Source: Octopus sinensis
Lineage: Eukaryota
DNA length: 64,000 nucleotides
Assembly: GCF_006345805.1 (NCBI RefSeq)
Contig: NC_043009.1
Location: 20,398,001-20,462,000, forward strand
Reading direction: 5' to 3'
Shown here: positions 37,051 to 52,141 of the stretch, piece after piece
Position numbering within the stretch: the first letter of the stretch is position 1
How the letters are laid out: each line of letters opens with the position of its first letter
The notes under the pieces: model-generated
Seen by the model: only the letters and a program-made list of their open reading frames with translations
Database searches by the model: none
What the model was told of the DNA's origin: nothing
Translations under genes and position numbers: made by a program

Positions 37051-37611
37051 TCTAAGCTCAAGCCATTCTTAGGTTGGATTTTACCATTCATGTTTTTTTC
37101 AAGGTTGATAAAAGTAAAGACTAGGATCAACTTAAACACTTGAAGGTATTGCTCCAGCATGGGCACAGGCCAGTGACCAAAACCAGTAAAAGAATAAACC
37201 AATATAATTCTTTACAAAATTGTGCTTAAAGTTGAAAAATTGAACTTTTTTTTTCAATTATTTTTTTGTAATTTGAAGAAATTCTAGAAACTGTTGAAAA
37301 TTTTGGTTTGGTCAGTATGGCCAACATGGCCACAGTGAAATTGTATGACACTTGCCGGTGGCACACGGTGTCCCATTAAACTGGAGATTCAACAATTGTT
37401 CTTCTATTCAAACAGTGGAACATGCTGTCCCATTCTTTGGTGTTTCATATTCTTGATATTCTCTGCAGACAGTGCAACATGTTGACCAACAATTTAGTTT
37501 GTGGATCATCTTGTCCTTGCTTCAGAAATTGTGTTTACGTAAAATTAAGTGGATGATAACATAGAAATTCTTTTGATGGTCAGATGACATTTGAAAGAGA
37601 ATTCACGGGTA

Positions 37612-37712
37612 GTTGGTGGTGGTGGTGGTGGTGGTGGTGGTGGTGGTAGTGGTGGTGGCGGCTGCTGCTGCTGCTGTTGTTACTGCTGCTCTCCTCCTCC
37701 TCCTCCTCCTTC
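37612..37712. repeat. Compound (GGT)n(GCT)n(CCT)n microsatellite
   Basis: Direct reading. Confidence 0.9.
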
Positions 37713-38042
37713 TTAATATTGATAAAACTGACATATCTAATTTCCATTTACTGTAGATTGCTCAGCCCCACTTGATAAAGTTTACAGCTGTGATGTCTTA
37801 TCATTGCTTTGAGAAGTGTGACATCTGTTTTAAGCTGGGACATGTCTTAATGTCTAAGACTGTCTTAACTCTGCTACATTAGAATTAGACTATTGCAGAT
37901 TCTTTTCCATTTACTTGTTAACTGCTTCATAAATGCATTTCTCACTCACCACAACTACCTGTCAACACCACCACCGCCACTATCATCACTGCCACCATAT
38001 ATATATACACATACACACATATACATATATATATGGAGTTGA

Positions 38043-39362
38043 GAATAAACCATTGTACTTGACATTCGTTAACTTACAGAAAGCCTTTGACAGAGTATCC
38101 CACAGTATGATATGGTGGGCTCTGAGGAAGTTAGGGGAAGATGAATGGCTTGTGAAAGCTGTACAAGCCAAGTACAGAGGTTCTGTTAGTAAGGTGAGAG
38201 TTAACCATGAGTATTGTGATGAATCTAGTGTACAGGTAGGCATTCATCAGGGTTTGATTCTCAGTCCCCTCATATTCATCAGTGTCCTCTCGGCCATAAC
38301 AGAGGAATTCAAGACTGGCTGCCCCTGGGAACTACTGTATGCTGGTGATCTTGCTCTTATAGCAGATTCTGTAACAGAACTAGAAAAGAAATTCCAGGTG
38401 TGGAAACAAAACCTGGAGTCAAAGGGCCTTAAGGTTAACTTTTAACAAAGACTAAGGTTATAATAAGCTAGAAAACAGACAGGACCCTTCCCACATCAGG
38501 TAAATGGCCCTGCTCGATATGTAGAAAAGGTGTAGGCAGGAATTCTATATGGTTTACCCAGTGTAAGCTATCGACACACAAGGGGTATAATGGAATAATA
38601 GGGAGGTTATCAGAGAAGATAGTGTTTGTGGGTGGAAGACGCATGGGAGCCATAAACACTAGAGATACTTGGGAAATCCATTTTGTCAAATGCTCCAGAG
38701 GCTCTTTAGAGGTTGTGGATAATTTCTGTTATCTAGGGGACCAAATTAGTATTGGGGAAAAATGTACAGAAAGTGTAATAAGAATAAGAATGGAAAAAAT
38801 TCAGAGAGCTTTTACTTCTATTGGCAACCAAAGGCCTCTCTCTCTCTCTCTCTCTCATTGAAAGAAAGATTGTATGATGCACATATATGAACGGCAATGC
38901 TGCATGGTAGTGAGACGTGGGCCCAGATTGCAGAAGACATGCAAAAGCTGGAGAGGAATGAAACTGGTATGCTCTGCTGGATGTGCAATGCCAGTGTACA
39001 CATGCGACAGAGTTCAAGTGTATTGAGAGAGAAGGTGGGCATAAGGGGAATTAGATTCAGGGTGCAAGAGAGGAGACTGTGCTGGTTTGGTCATGTGATA
39101 CAGATGGATGAAGACAGATGCATACAGAAGGGCCAGTAACTTAAAGTGGATGGAACTCAAGGAAGCAGGAAACCCAGGAAGACATGAGATGAAGTATTGA
39201 AGGCCGATCTCAAGGCACTGAGCCTTATGCAGATGATAAAGGACTGAAATATTTGGTGCTTTGCTCTACTCAAGAAGAACTGTCCACCACAACAAGTGGA
39301 TACTGGTGTTGGTACCACATAAAAAGCCAGCATGGAAAACAGACATTAAATGATGATGATAG
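38043..39362 (+). mobile_element. Second RTE-clade LINE fragment
   Basis: LYLTFVNLQKAFDRV, GIHQGLILSPLIF, LLYAGDLAL, MLHGSETW; (CT)n expansion at about 38837-38857; (GAT)n at about 39351. Confidence 0.92.
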
Positions 39363-40059
39363 ATGTTATTGATAACACCTAAAAGAAGGTTCTTTGACCT
39401 GGAGGAACTGATATCACCAGACAGCATCCAAAAACCATCAGGTGTTTCAACCCTGAACCATAACACTTTCCCATTAGCAACCACACGGGTTCACCTGTTG
39501 TCTGTGAACTTTGTGACATATCCATCCCCGCAAAAGTTGAGCTTTCAGTATTCTGCGATGTTATCAATCACTCTGCCCCATTCTCAAATTATCTCGTTTT
39601 GGATATATGCTTTCGCAATGATATCCCTAATATGGATAATTTAATGGTTCCTTGCATCACATTCAATTGATGTTCTTCCCTTTTTGTAGCATCCCATGTC
39701 TTGCATTTCAAAGCACAGCCAAGACAATGCAAACGGACGGTGTGGAACACATGGCTTTCATCCAGCTCCGTCTTGAGCACATCATGCTAATATTCTCTTC
39801 AAAATTTCAGCATCCATATATCAGAACATATTCACTGTGTATCCCAAGTAGACCTATTCCTTTACCTCCTTGATTTCATGGCTTTCCTCCTCTATTTCCA
39901 CCCTGTGCTATCTCTTCAAACCATATATATATATATATATATATATTAGGGAGGAATTCTGCATGATGTCCCCAGTGCAAGCCTTGTCACATTCTGCATG
40001 AGGCTGAATCTCCCTTAGAACTACATTATGGTATGCAGTACTCAGCCACTTGCACATTA

Positions 40060-40790
40060 ATTTTATGAGCAGACTGTTCTGTTGATCAGATAACAGGAAC
40101 TTCATCATAAGCAACAGAATGCCATTTTTTAAAAAGAGTGAAAGAAAAGGAAATGTTCCATATCGTAAGGCAAAAATGTCTTGTGTTTAGTATAAGCAGT
40201 GAAAACTAAGACTTCGCCCTTGACTCACGCTCAGTTTTTATAATAACAGCCTGTGCATCAGTGTTTATCCAGGGGCTTGGCCTCCAGATCTGTGACACCT
40301 AAAAACATTTTCCTGCCCCTATATAAGAATTTTTTTCATTTTCTTCCAACCACTTGAAGGTTTATCTTGCTCCAGTCCACTCAGCTGGCCAAAATGAAAG
40401 GGGCCAGTCTTGTCATATTCCTGAGAACTACGTTAATGGTATGCATGACTGTGAAGTACTCAGCCACTTGTAAGTTAATTTTATCCTCATGTGGTAATGA
40501 AAAGTGAAAATGCTGTAGTTATTTGTCTTTGATTTAACAATGTCTCTGTGTCTACACATCAACTTTTCTTTCGGCCTATGTATCTACTGTCTCTCCACTT
40601 TCTCTTACACTTCCTCTGTGTCCCTCTTCTCTCCCACTTCTTTTAATTTAGCAATGTGTGTATGTATCTATGTATCAAATTTTCTTTCACTCTATATATT
40701 TACTTTTCTTGCAATCTGATAAACATTTAAAAACACAAAACGAATACCGTCACCACTCACTGTCTCTTCCACTCTGTCACTCTCTCTACT
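40060..40790 (-). repeat. Inverted paralog of 14925-15720
   Basis: See 14925-15720. Confidence 0.8.
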
Positions 40791-42329
40791 CCTTCTCTCT
40801 CGCTTTGCCACTCACTTCTTCCTTTGAAATAAATGTGACACATACCACAGGTATGTACAAACACAAAACAAAGCATATTGATACTATTGATAAATACTAG
40901 GCAGTGGCTTTCATGGCTCCTGATCTTAACTGATTGGAAGTACATGTTTTGGCTTAGTATAAAAAAGATGGGCTATAGCAAATATTCTGCTCAATACCAC
41001 TTGTCAGTTGTTGACCATAACCAGTTGAGCATGTCCCTTGGTGGCTGATGATATGTGCATCTCTGATCATAAGCAGAAGTAATAGGGGAGCATAATAGCC
41101 ATGTGTTGAGAGGAGTTTTTTTTTTTTTGAGTTTGGATAATTCACCTTTGGAAACATGGGTGTTTCATTCAACAGCCCTTAGTGAAGGACCTTTTGATTG
41201 GGATAGGCAACTCAGCCTGAAGAAATGCCTAACTGGGCTTCTCCTGCAAGGTCATGCACTGCTTGCTCTTTATATAAGGTCACTATGTTGCACGCATGGT
41301 TGTAATGCATATGCTTAGTGCACCCTTATCAGACGGGTGCTCATGAGGGCTCCATATATTTGTACCCCAGACGAAATTTGATGGTGTGTGCTGCTCTCCC
41401 ACTCAATAATAATTTCCACTATGACCGCAAGAGCTATAACTTTGATGGAAGGGGTTAGGCTATTACATCAACCCCAGTGCACCACTGGTACCTATTTCAT
41501 TGACCCCGAAAAGATGAAAAGCAAAGTCAACCTCAGCAGAATTTGAACTCAGAACATAAAGACAAACAAAATGTTGATAAGCATTTCGCCTAGTACGCTA
41601 GCAATTTGGCCAGCCTGCCACTTTGGAGGTGTAAAATATTAATGTTCCATGTTGCATCACTTTGTCGTTTGTTTTGTAGCTTTAGTGATTTAGTAGTAAA
41701 GTGATATATTTCTCTATATATTTCTATTTTTGTTGTAGGAAAAAAGATATGGGGATTATGGTAAGGTATTTGCATGTCTGACAGTTTAAGAGATGTGTAT
41801 AGCGCCATTCCTCCTTCGTCAGAAACATTTGTCACCTCTAAATGCCACATTTTTTCATGTGACCTTAAAAACGTATGCGTATTAAAGCTTCACAATAAGA
41901 ATGACTATCAGAAGACTGTTTAAAAGCATTGCTTGTCAGCTGAACAGAGATAAAAAAAAAACGTATTTATGAGTCTGGTGAAAAGAGGATTGTAAAAGAT
42001 TCAGCTAAAGGAGGCAAAAGTTGTTAAGATAAAAATGGGGCAAGGACACAATACAAGCAGAAAAATTATTGCCATGCTTTCAGCGAAAACACCAGCCCTC
42101 CCCTACACACACACACACACAACCTCGTCCTCCACTACTAAAGAATAGGAATTTGTTTCTACATGACAATTATATAAAATTATTGAAGGTGTACGAGTGT
42201 CTTATCTCACATTGATACTTTCCTAATTTGGTCTGTCAACTACCCTAACCAATAAAAATTATGGACATGTTTTTATTATAAAGACAGAGTTATCAACTTA
42301 ATAAACCCTAGTTCAGAAAGTGCCAACAC

Positions 42330-43270
42330 GTAAAAGCCATGCTACGCGCTAGAATTCCTGCTAAAGTTTGGAATCGTAAAACCTCTCACATTAGGAACGG
42401 ACTTTTTATTTATAGCAAACATACCGGATTGGACAGCAGAAGGTAAGTGAACGAAAGGTTTACGGTTTTGAAAATTATTTACAATTTTATATTCTCGATA
42501 ATTTGGCGGTTGCAAGTCGGAGTTCCGAGATTATTTTAGTCACACCTGCAACTTGAGTCCTTTTAATAGTAGGGGCTTCAATTGTTTGACCCAGAATGTA
42601 TTCTGTCCCTGCAGTCCAGTGTCAAAGATGTTCCAGCCAACCCCATCTTGTCTTTTGAGTATATTTACGGCTACATTTTCCAATATATCCTGCTTTTATT
42701 TTGTTTTTGTTCGTTTGTTATTTTTTTAAGACGGCGGAGCGGCGTAATTTTCCAGAAGAATTGGCTGTTATTTCGAGCAGGTCCAGCTGTATATTGTAAA
42801 TGGCTATAGGGGCCGAGTACTGTCCCTCCACATGGATAAACAAATACAATTTTACTTAATTGGTTCCATTAATTCCATCCTCGTTTGACTTATGAAGAAA
42901 ATCTTCATTAATTAATTAGTTTTCTCTTCGCATAAACTCCTTTCTATCAGTAAAGAGTTGGTTTTGAGTGTGTAGGAAGTGAGTTACATAACAAATATTG
43001 AGACCTGCTCTTATTCATCATGTTGACTGTTAAAGCATATTGTAATTTTATTTGTGGAGATTTCTAAGGCATAATAATGTTGAGGTGTTAATTATAATGA
43101 AATGTTAACTTCGTCGTTCCGAAAGTGTTTGCCGATGTTGACAACTTGTCTTGCCCTGTTCTGTTGAAGGGGAAAACTCGCACTTTATTTAAATAGCAAA
43201 AATAATAAGTTAAAGTAATTCGACGATGCACAATTACAATAAAAGTTCGGGTGGGGACAACGTAACAGCA
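42330..43270 (+). promoter_or_regulatory. CpG-richer region with a strong donor (AAG|GTAAGT at 42443); candidate ACSF2 promoter or non-coding first exon
   Basis: Visibly more CpG than the surroundings and upstream of the ACSF2 exons; inference only. Confidence 0.3.
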
Positions 43271-46200
43271 TCATCGTACTTTGGGGGCAAACAATTTACT
43301 TCTTAAAGTAAAATGTGATGAGGTGGGTACACTGCCCAACCCCTATCGACCTTGTTTCCTCATAACTTTCAGAAAAATGAATATTTTGTTAATGAAATTT
43401 TCTACAAATAGGTGCTGAGGGGACTGTGCTAAAAGGATTATTTCCCTACCATATGATTCTGGGTTCAGTCCCAGTAGAAGGCACCTCGAGCAAGTGTCTT
43501 TCTACTATAATCCTGAGCCGACCAAAGCCTTATCAGTGAATTCGTAATCATAATCTACGGCCTCTGAAAAGTATTTATCCTTTCTTTACTTGTTTCAGAC
43601 ATTAGACTGCGGCTATACTGCAGCACCGCCTTGAAGAACTCATTGTGATATGTAGTTTATACAATTATAACACTGTACATATTTGAGGCATTATCTCTTA
43701 GCCACCTCCACCATACATCTCTCTCTCTCCTCAACCACCTCACCTACTCTTCTTCTTCTCCTCCTCCCTTTCTCGGCAAGAATTCCTCCCCACCCCCAAA
43801 AACCCTTAAATTTTTTTTTTACACCCCCCCTTTTCGGCTACGGGGAATATGAATCTGCAAAAGAATTGGCAAAAATCAACATTTCTAAATTACCCCCACC
43901 CCTCCCACCCCATTTCCTTCAGTTTTTACTTTTTACAGATCTTTTTTTTATTCAAAATATGCGGAAAAATACGGAGATTATGATTCGGACAAAAATTTCA
44001 AAACATTTCTGTAGTTACAGTTACGGTTTTAGGGTTAGGGATTTAGGGTTAGTGTTGGGGAAAAAAGTCAAAATTGAAGAAGTTGGGGGGAACTGTGGGG
44101 GTAATTTTCCCAATGCCTATTTTTAGCAATTTTCCGGAACCTACGTATCCGAAAACGGAGATTTTTGGCAAAAAAATTACAAAAATAAACAAATTTGGGA
44201 GAAAATGGTGGGGGGACGGGCGGAAGTCTTTCCCCTTTCTCTCCTCATCCACTCACCTACCCTTATTTCCTCTCCTCCCTCTCTCCCTTCATCCACCTCA
44301 CCTAACCTTCACCCCCTCTTTTCTATTCTCCCATCATTACTATTCTGCTGCTCTCCCCTCTTTTTTGTTTTTCTGTTGTAAGTCATCATCAACACCCCAC
44401 CGCACCTCCAGCTCGTTGCTCATCCTCCACCCTTGAATCTTACCCGACCTTGTGGTCACCTACCCTCCTTTCTCCTCACCCATTCCCCTTCTCTCCCTCC
44501 TCCATACACTCTTGCCACCTCCACTCACCTACACTACTTGTCCCTCTGTCCCCACTCCTCCTCCTCATCTCATACCTTAAAGATTCACCTTCATGACACC
44601 TATTTTTATTTCTTCCCAGCTTCACCCTGATCACTCTGCCCTCTCTTCTTAGCATAAAGCCACATCCTTCAGAGTATGTAGGGGATCTCATTAGTGCCAA
44701 TGCCATGAAAAAAGGCATCCAGTCCATGTTGCAAAGTGATTGGCATCCAGCCATAGAAACCATACTGAAACGGACAGCGAAGCACAATGCAGTCCTTGGT
44801 CCTCTCAGATCCTATCGATTTGGCCAACCCATACCAGCATGGAGCTTGGACATTAAATAAGGATGATTACATAATTTGTGGAAGTATTTTTATTCATTTC
44901 TTCTGAAAACAAATTTCTGCTTCCATAAATTTTTTTTTTTTAAATTACAAAAACAACAAGCTTGTCTATGAAGTCTCTGTCCGTTTATTTGTATTCCTTG
45001 TACTTAGTTTTGTTGTCTTCAAGGTTGTATTCTTTATTAAATTATAACTGAATCACCAAAACAACTGCAGGTGTTAGAAGAGATGAAACTTGTTAATTAA
45101 TAATACTAATTTGTTATTGAAATGTAATTATTTTGCAATAATCTCTAAAAACTGCTGGATCCAATAAGAAAAGGTTTAATAAAGAGTTCCTTGGACTACC
45201 AGCTGATTTTTATAAACTGAGATCCAAAGAGAATCATAAAGAAACCCATTGAACACATCAGAGTAATTCCAGGATATTTTCTAAAAAAGATTGGTAAATT
45301 TAGCTTCTTTCAGGAATTACAAATATTCTTGCTTGTCAGTTGTTTGTACTTAGATGAAGGAAAGAGTTCCATAGTTACTTTGGCAGTGAACATTTCTTCC
45401 CAGCTACTGCTTCAACATGTCTTTTTGTCCTTTGTATGACAGGAAATGAGTTAGGATATCATTTGAAGTGAGTTTCTACTCCTCACACACAATGCAGGGT
45501 GGCATAAAAGAAGTTTGGATCCCCCAAAACCCAAACACTTGCAAAACATTACAAACTGTACGAAACACAATGTAGAGATGGTTTGACTTTGGGAAGCTGA
45601 TAATAGAAGGCTTCTGTGGAATTTCCAAATCTAAAGAGAAATTTTTTTTTTTTTTTTCCACTTTTTTTCAAAGAATTTATTTAAAATACAAAATTTCTTT
45701 AGCACCAACTTACTAAAGATAAATCTATGGAATCTGAAGAAATTGATGGTGGTTTATATTGGTGTTTATAGAAGAATGTGACAAATTCTATTTTGATAAC
45801 ACCATGCCTGAGAACAGACCTGACTTTAATACTATCAGATGCTGACTGTTCTAAGATGCTGCTTTTGTTGTTGTTCATGCCAGGTCAATTTTGATTGAAG
45901 ACAGGTATCTCACCTTCCAATTGTCATTGTCTATCTAAGCCTATGTAATGCAATGTGTCCTTTTTGTAAAGATAGAGTATGATTTAAGAGAGATTTAGCT
46001 GCTTTTTCAAACAAATTGAGCAACCACATCTAGGCTTCCATGCTTCAAGTGTGTTTCTGAAGTTATGTACCGTCTGAAATATGATCTTGTGTGATTGAGT
46101 AACCTCAAACTATGATGTTGAAATCTTTTCCCTTTTTATCAGATATTAAACAGGGGATTTTACATTAAAAACAACGAAGGAAGTACACCTTTTTTGTTGT

Positions 46201-46685
46201 TTTTTATTGGTGCATGAAGAAGATGGAAAAATTTTTTTGTTTCCTGCTGACAAAAAAAAAATTGTTTGATGAGGTTCAAATTTCATGGGTGAAGGAGACT
46301 CTGAGGAAAACTAAAATGGAATTCATGTTAACCCATTTGTTCTGTCCTACTTATCTCAGTAACATAATCATTGGTGGCAGATTAAAATATTTTGTAGCAT
46401 TGGGTTACTATTAATTTTCGGGTTGTGAGTTCAAGGCTGACCAAAGTTAAAATAAAATACCAGACAGATACTGGAGTTTGATAAAAGATTCCTATAAACC
46501 AGACATGTCAAACTCCCAGCCCGTGGGCCACTTCAAGCCTGTGCAGCAATTTCATCCAGCTTGCAGGACCATTTTGATATCAGCATGAAATTGGTCCAAA
46601 TGGATGCATCAGCAAATAGAGTCCTTTGCTGCCCTCAGCCATGTCTTCTTGTTGGCTACAGCAAGCCGTTACATTATATATAGCA

Positions 46686-47160
46686 CAGATTGCATTACCT
46701 TTTTATGCCCTGAGAGAAAAGTTGGACATAAGAAGCATCAAATGTGGTGTGCAAGAGAGATGACTGCACTGGTATGGCCATGTGTTACGTATGGATGAGG
46801 ACAGCTGTGTGAGGAAGTGTCACACCCTAACTGTGGAAGGAACTTGTGAAAGTGGTAGACCCAGGAAGACATGGGATAAGGTAGTAAAGCATGACATTTG
46901 AACGATGGGCCTTACAGAGGCAATGACAGGAGATCTAGACCTTTGGAGATATGCTGTGATTGAGAAGACCTGGCACCTAAAGTGAGAGTGCAGTCATGGC
47001 CAATGCCAGTGTTCCATGTCCAGCCCATTTCAGAGTACCCTTGATGTGTTGAGCGATATGATATGCTTGAGAAGACCTGTTGAGTCAAGTAAAACCAAAA
47101 TCGTAGCTGTGGCCAGTGCCCCCTGACTGGCTCCCGTGGTGGTGGCACATGGTTGATGCC
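46686..47160 (+). mobile_element. RTE LINE 3'-end fragment
   Basis: CCCTGAGAGAAAAGTTGGACATAAGAAGCATCA... matches 36401-36700. Confidence 0.85.
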
Positions 47161-47187
47161 AGGTCTGCCTGACTGGCTCCTGTGCTC

Positions 47188-47536
47188 TATCTATGATCCA
47201 ACATCGTTTGCTTTCTTTCTCAATTAACACTATGTCTGGTTTCCTATTCTCTATCTCATGGTCACGCTGAATCATAAAATCCCATAGGATTTTTGCATTA
47301 TCATTTTCAATGATGCCTTCAGGTATATGTTCATACTGCTTTTTTGTTCCGTCAAGTCCATACTTGTTGCAAAGTGTCCAATGAACAGTCCTTGCTATAT
47401 TGTCATGACGTCTCTTATATTCTTTCTGGGCTAGTGGTGTACATTGACTGGTTATATGCTATATGGTTTCAGCATTTTGTCCACAAATTCTGCACTTACC
47501 ACTTTCTGATGTGTTGTCTATTCTGTATTTGATGTA
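47188..47536 (-). mobile_element. R4/Dong-like fragment
   Basis: IQRDHEIENRKPDIVLIEKESKRCWIID (RLE PD-D motif); (ATT)n at 47537-47548. Confidence 0.8.
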
Positions 47537-50500
47537 ATTATTATTATTGCCTTTGCACAGCTTCTAACACTGGAGATGTACTACAAGGAAGTGTTTCCTT
47601 GTGGCCATTCTGTTGAAAGGTGGATGAGAGTGGCAAGAATTGTGCACGTGAACAGGCCTTCCCTGAGCATACACTTGTAATTGATGATGAGGAACTGAGA
47701 AAAGGCACCTGTCCCAGAAATCTGGGCACCCATGGTTTTATGGGGTTTTTCCATGAACAGCCCTCAGATGTCTCTTCCCTATTGAGGATTACACATTGTT
47801 AAAATGTTTCAGGTCTATTTTTCTACGTTAAACCTGTTTACAATCAAAACCCTCACAATAACACACACACACACACACACACACTTTCAATGTTTTGTCC
47901 TGTACTGTCCTAATGCTTTTCTTGATGTAACCCCTCTGTGGTCAATAAAGAAATCATCATCATCATCATCATTATTATTAGCCAGTGGTGAAAGGATAGT
48001 GGAAACAGGGCCACAATGTGAATGGACCTTACTTGAATCCCTTAATTTCTCAAGACAAAACTAATTCTCAAGGTTTCTCTGGTTTCTGTGGAACCAAGTG
48101 GTTTCACTTCAACCATTGTTGGTTCCATGATTGGTTTCAGAGACACAAACTGGGCTGTATATATGTGGAAGTGTTTTATGTGATGCTGTCCTGACTTTAG
48201 CAAACTGTAAAGTCCTCCTGCTTTCCAAACTGCTGCTCATCTTTCTGCCTCTTGCCAAAACAATATCTACCGACTTCATAGGCTTGGGAACTGGGAGTGC
48301 AGAGGGTGCAAGTGCACCCCCTAAAATTGAGGGTGGATGAAAATGCTTTGAACATCTTATAAAAAAAACTGGATTTGCACTCCCTAAGCAAATTTCCTTC
48401 TCCCACTTATGAACAACTTTGTAGAATCCTCTTCTGCTTCCTCCACAGACTCCACAGTGTTGTCCCCTCACAGAAAAAGCCTCCACTTTCATCTTCCACT
48501 TTGCATTCAACTCCACACTCTTGGTAAATCTCCAAATTTATTCTTTGCCCTTTTAGCAATGACCACACACATACACACACACCACACAGAACGAATCCTT
48601 TTACACCCAGTAACCTCCTCCCCCCACTCCTCACACAGTTATGTGAACTGATACATAAAATTAAATGTGGATGGGCGGTATAGATATCTTGGGGCATCCT
48701 CCACCTTCCTGGAGAATACTCAACCTCCCTCAAATTTATTTGGGATTTTTCTAGAAGTCTTTGTTTGAATAAGTAATTAGTTTTAATGTTAGAATATTAA
48801 TTTTGGATTTATTTTCTTGAACTCATGAAATTTGGTGATTTGAACTATTATAGAATAATTTTCAATAGCTTTCAGTTAAGTCCGCAATAAATGTAAAATG
48901 GGTGTTATAAGTAGCCCATAATATTGATGTTAAATCATTGAGGGACTTTTCTAATGTATATGTCATCATCATCATCATTTAACATCTACTTTCCATGCTG
49001 GCATGGGTTGGACAGTTTGACAGGAGCTTGCCAGGCAGTAGGCTGCACCAGGCTTCAGTGTCTGTTTTGGCATGGTTTTTTTTTTTTATGGCTGGATGAC
49101 CTTCCTAACATGTTACTTAGCTTCGCCCTGAAAGTGTCCATTGTTATCATTCTTGTTAAGTACTGTGGAAGGAGTCTGACCACCCACATCTGACTAAAAG
49201 TGAACTGAGACTTTTCTCTTAAATAAACAACTGCTGAGTCGTCAGCAGTTTTAGTTGATAAGCAGTTCACTGTGAGCCATGATTAAGGGTGTCGAGTCTT
49301 ATGTGATATCAATAATAGTGTGTTGTGTAAATGCTTTCTTTCCTCTCTGCTTCATTATATATCCAACATGCAAAGATATAAAATTAAGAATTAACAATGA
49401 AACATTTGCTTTAAAGATCTGAAATTTTGAGTAAATGATGCTATAAAACTGGTTGATTTTAGGGAACTAAAACCACGAAATACAAGAACATTCACTTTGT
49501 TATGGGAAAAATATAAGAAGTCTGTGTGCACTGAAGTGTGTCTGGGAATCAAGTGGGAAAATGTTGATTTGTTTTTGTTTTAATTGTCTGAAGAAATTGT
49601 AGTATTTCTGTCCCAACTAAAATAGGATTTACTGCATAGGAGACACATGAACCTTTCAAAAACACACAAAGACCATTAACTTCACTTAAACATTTATTAT
49701 TACTTTGCATTTGAGATGCAGTGTTATTTCGTCAGTGGCCAGGCTGCAGCCCACATCACAAACATTTTGACAAATAATATTGCTTGAGTGAAGTAAACAG
49801 TGTTTGTGTGTCTTTGAATGGTACCATCTGTCTCCCATGCTGCAATTATTTTAGTTTCAAGACACATTCTCAGACCAAATCATTGCCTGGTAAGTACACC
49901 TCCTCAAATATTTTCTGTGGATGGATGAGGTAAAAATGGCATATCTTTCTGACATCATTTATTTAAACAAGGTTTGTGTAACACTGCAGGATACGAATAT
50001 GACATATTTTAGTGTAAAATAAATGCAGCATGGCTCATTGCGAATGAAATGAGTGAATTGACTCGGTAATCAAGGATGAAGTAGTTTGAAAACCCAAGAG
50101 AAATTTGGACTTAATAAAGAAAAAAACACAAAACAACTAAATCGAGATTGAATTTTGTAACAAATGTTTGATATGTGAAAATCAATAACTGAAAATCAAC
50201 AACAATATTTTGCAGCTGAAGTTGGAGACCAGTTTTGATTTGAAAATTCCTCTGAAGGTTTTTTAATCTGAAACAATATTTCACAGAAAGAAAATAGAGA
50301 CTGTAAATAGACACGATAACAGGTTTTATGTTTCTCAATATTCAAACAGCAAAACACAAATTTAGAAATAGACTGAGTAGAAAAGTTTATTTCTAGTTCC
50401 AAGAAGTGTCCATAATTTCAAATGTTAAGAATCTCTGTGAGCGGGAACAGATTCACCCAATGTCACAAATTTTTAATGTCTTAAATATAAAGTTAAATTT

Positions 50501-51174
50501 CTCAAATTACTAAAAAAATAACTAAATCACAATAGCACAAATTTAGTTTAATATTCATTTCAAATTTTGGCATGAGGCCAGCAAGTTCGAGAAAGAGAAC
50601 GAGTCAATTACATTGACCCCAATATACAGCTGGTACTTATTTTATTGGTCTTGAAAGAATGAAAGGTAAAGCTAACCTCAGTGGAATTTGAAATCAGAAC
50701 ATAAAGACAGATTTTCACCACTAGGCATTTTACCAATCCTGCTAACAATTCTGCCAGCTCACTGCCTTAATATTAGTTTGGTGTTAGTTTAATGCTCATG
50801 TTTAGGGTTAATTTAGAATTAGTTTAATGCTTATTTCTCTTGATATTACAGAAATCAGAGCATTCCCTGACTACAAAATCCTTGAGAAATCCTGTGCAAT
50901 TGGTTTGATTTCAACAACTGCAAATCAGTTGTTGAGGTTGGACCTGTGTGGATGGAAGTTTTTGGTTGGTTGTGATGCTGGGAATGATTAATGTTCCCTT
51001 CACATCCTAAACAGAACCCTGCAATCTATTACAGTTTCTGCCATGTGGCCCCTACTCCAACAAAGCTAACAAAGGACCAACAGCTAAGGCTTCACTCATG
51101 AGTTGATATTCGATTTTCCTAATATCTTTCAGCCCACGTCTTCCTACTGCTATTGTATTCTACATCAATTTCAG

Positions 51175-51382
51175 GAACTGTACGACAGACACAAAACCAC
51201 TCAGCAGTTCTGGAAAGAAAACCTTAACCCACAGCTATGTCCATGGACCATCAGATATTCCTTTTCTTGGTTCCACCATTGGAAACATGTTCCAAGAACA
51301 GACAGAAAACAACCCAGATGATGAAGCTTGTGTATTTTACTCAAGTGGAATAAGAAGAACATTTGCTCAATTCTTAAAAGAA
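51175..51382 (+). CDS. ACSF2: ACSF2-like acyl-CoA synthetase exon (5' boundary 51175 or 51133)
   Basis: HSYVHGPSDIPFLGSTIGNMFQEQ...RRTFAQFLKE (human LSYVQG...TVGQCLE...LTFAQLKEE); donor gaa|GTaagt. Confidence 0.88.
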
Positions 51383-52141
51383 GTAAGTCTTTGAGAGACA
51401 AAATATTTATATTTTTCAATTTCCTACATTCTGTGCAGATAAATGATTGATTGTTTGATCTTACATTGATCAGGAATATTGGTTAATGAGTGATTTAGAA
51501 TGATTGACGAGAGACAGTTAATTATATTGATCCTCAAAAAAATTAAACAATGATTTTGACCTCAAATTTCATATAAAAGTGATTAATTATTGCATACTGA
51601 TATATCCTCATATGGGATAAGGAATATAAGTGTAGTTGCTTAGTTAGTGGGTATGAGTTCAATTCTGAGTCTATCAAGATAGACACACACACACATCAAT
51701 CAGTCATCCAAGTGGGACAAATTTATGGCATCACATGTCTTAGATTAACTAATGAGAAACTGTCTTTGGTAAGGACAATGGATGAGAACAATCTATTCCT
51801 GTGGACTTAATGAAGAGTTTGGTTCCAAATTTTAAAGATATTACCATGGACCTGTTTAGGGCTTGTGGAACTGATAGGAGAAATGGATGAACTTATCCTT
51901 AGAACAGAAGTGTGACTTAAATCTTTGCAATAGAGTGGACTTAGTTAAAGGTACCAGGAATCAGGTGATGATGCTTTTAAACTGGAATACAGAAGAACTT
52001 AGAGTCCACCTTGCAACAAGATTCTAAACTCTGTTTCTGTCAACCAAATTAATTAAAATATAAAATTAATTACTTACCATTTCTTTAGAAAATTACAAAT
52101 TGTAAATCTCACAACAAGAGATATTCAGCAACAGTTCTTTG

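Noticed and set aside
49818-49889. MVPSVSHAAIILVSRHILRPNHCL|GTAAGT as the ACSF2 start exon
   Set aside because: The ATG frame ends in phase 0 while the downstream acceptors need phase 2; N-terminus left unresolved.
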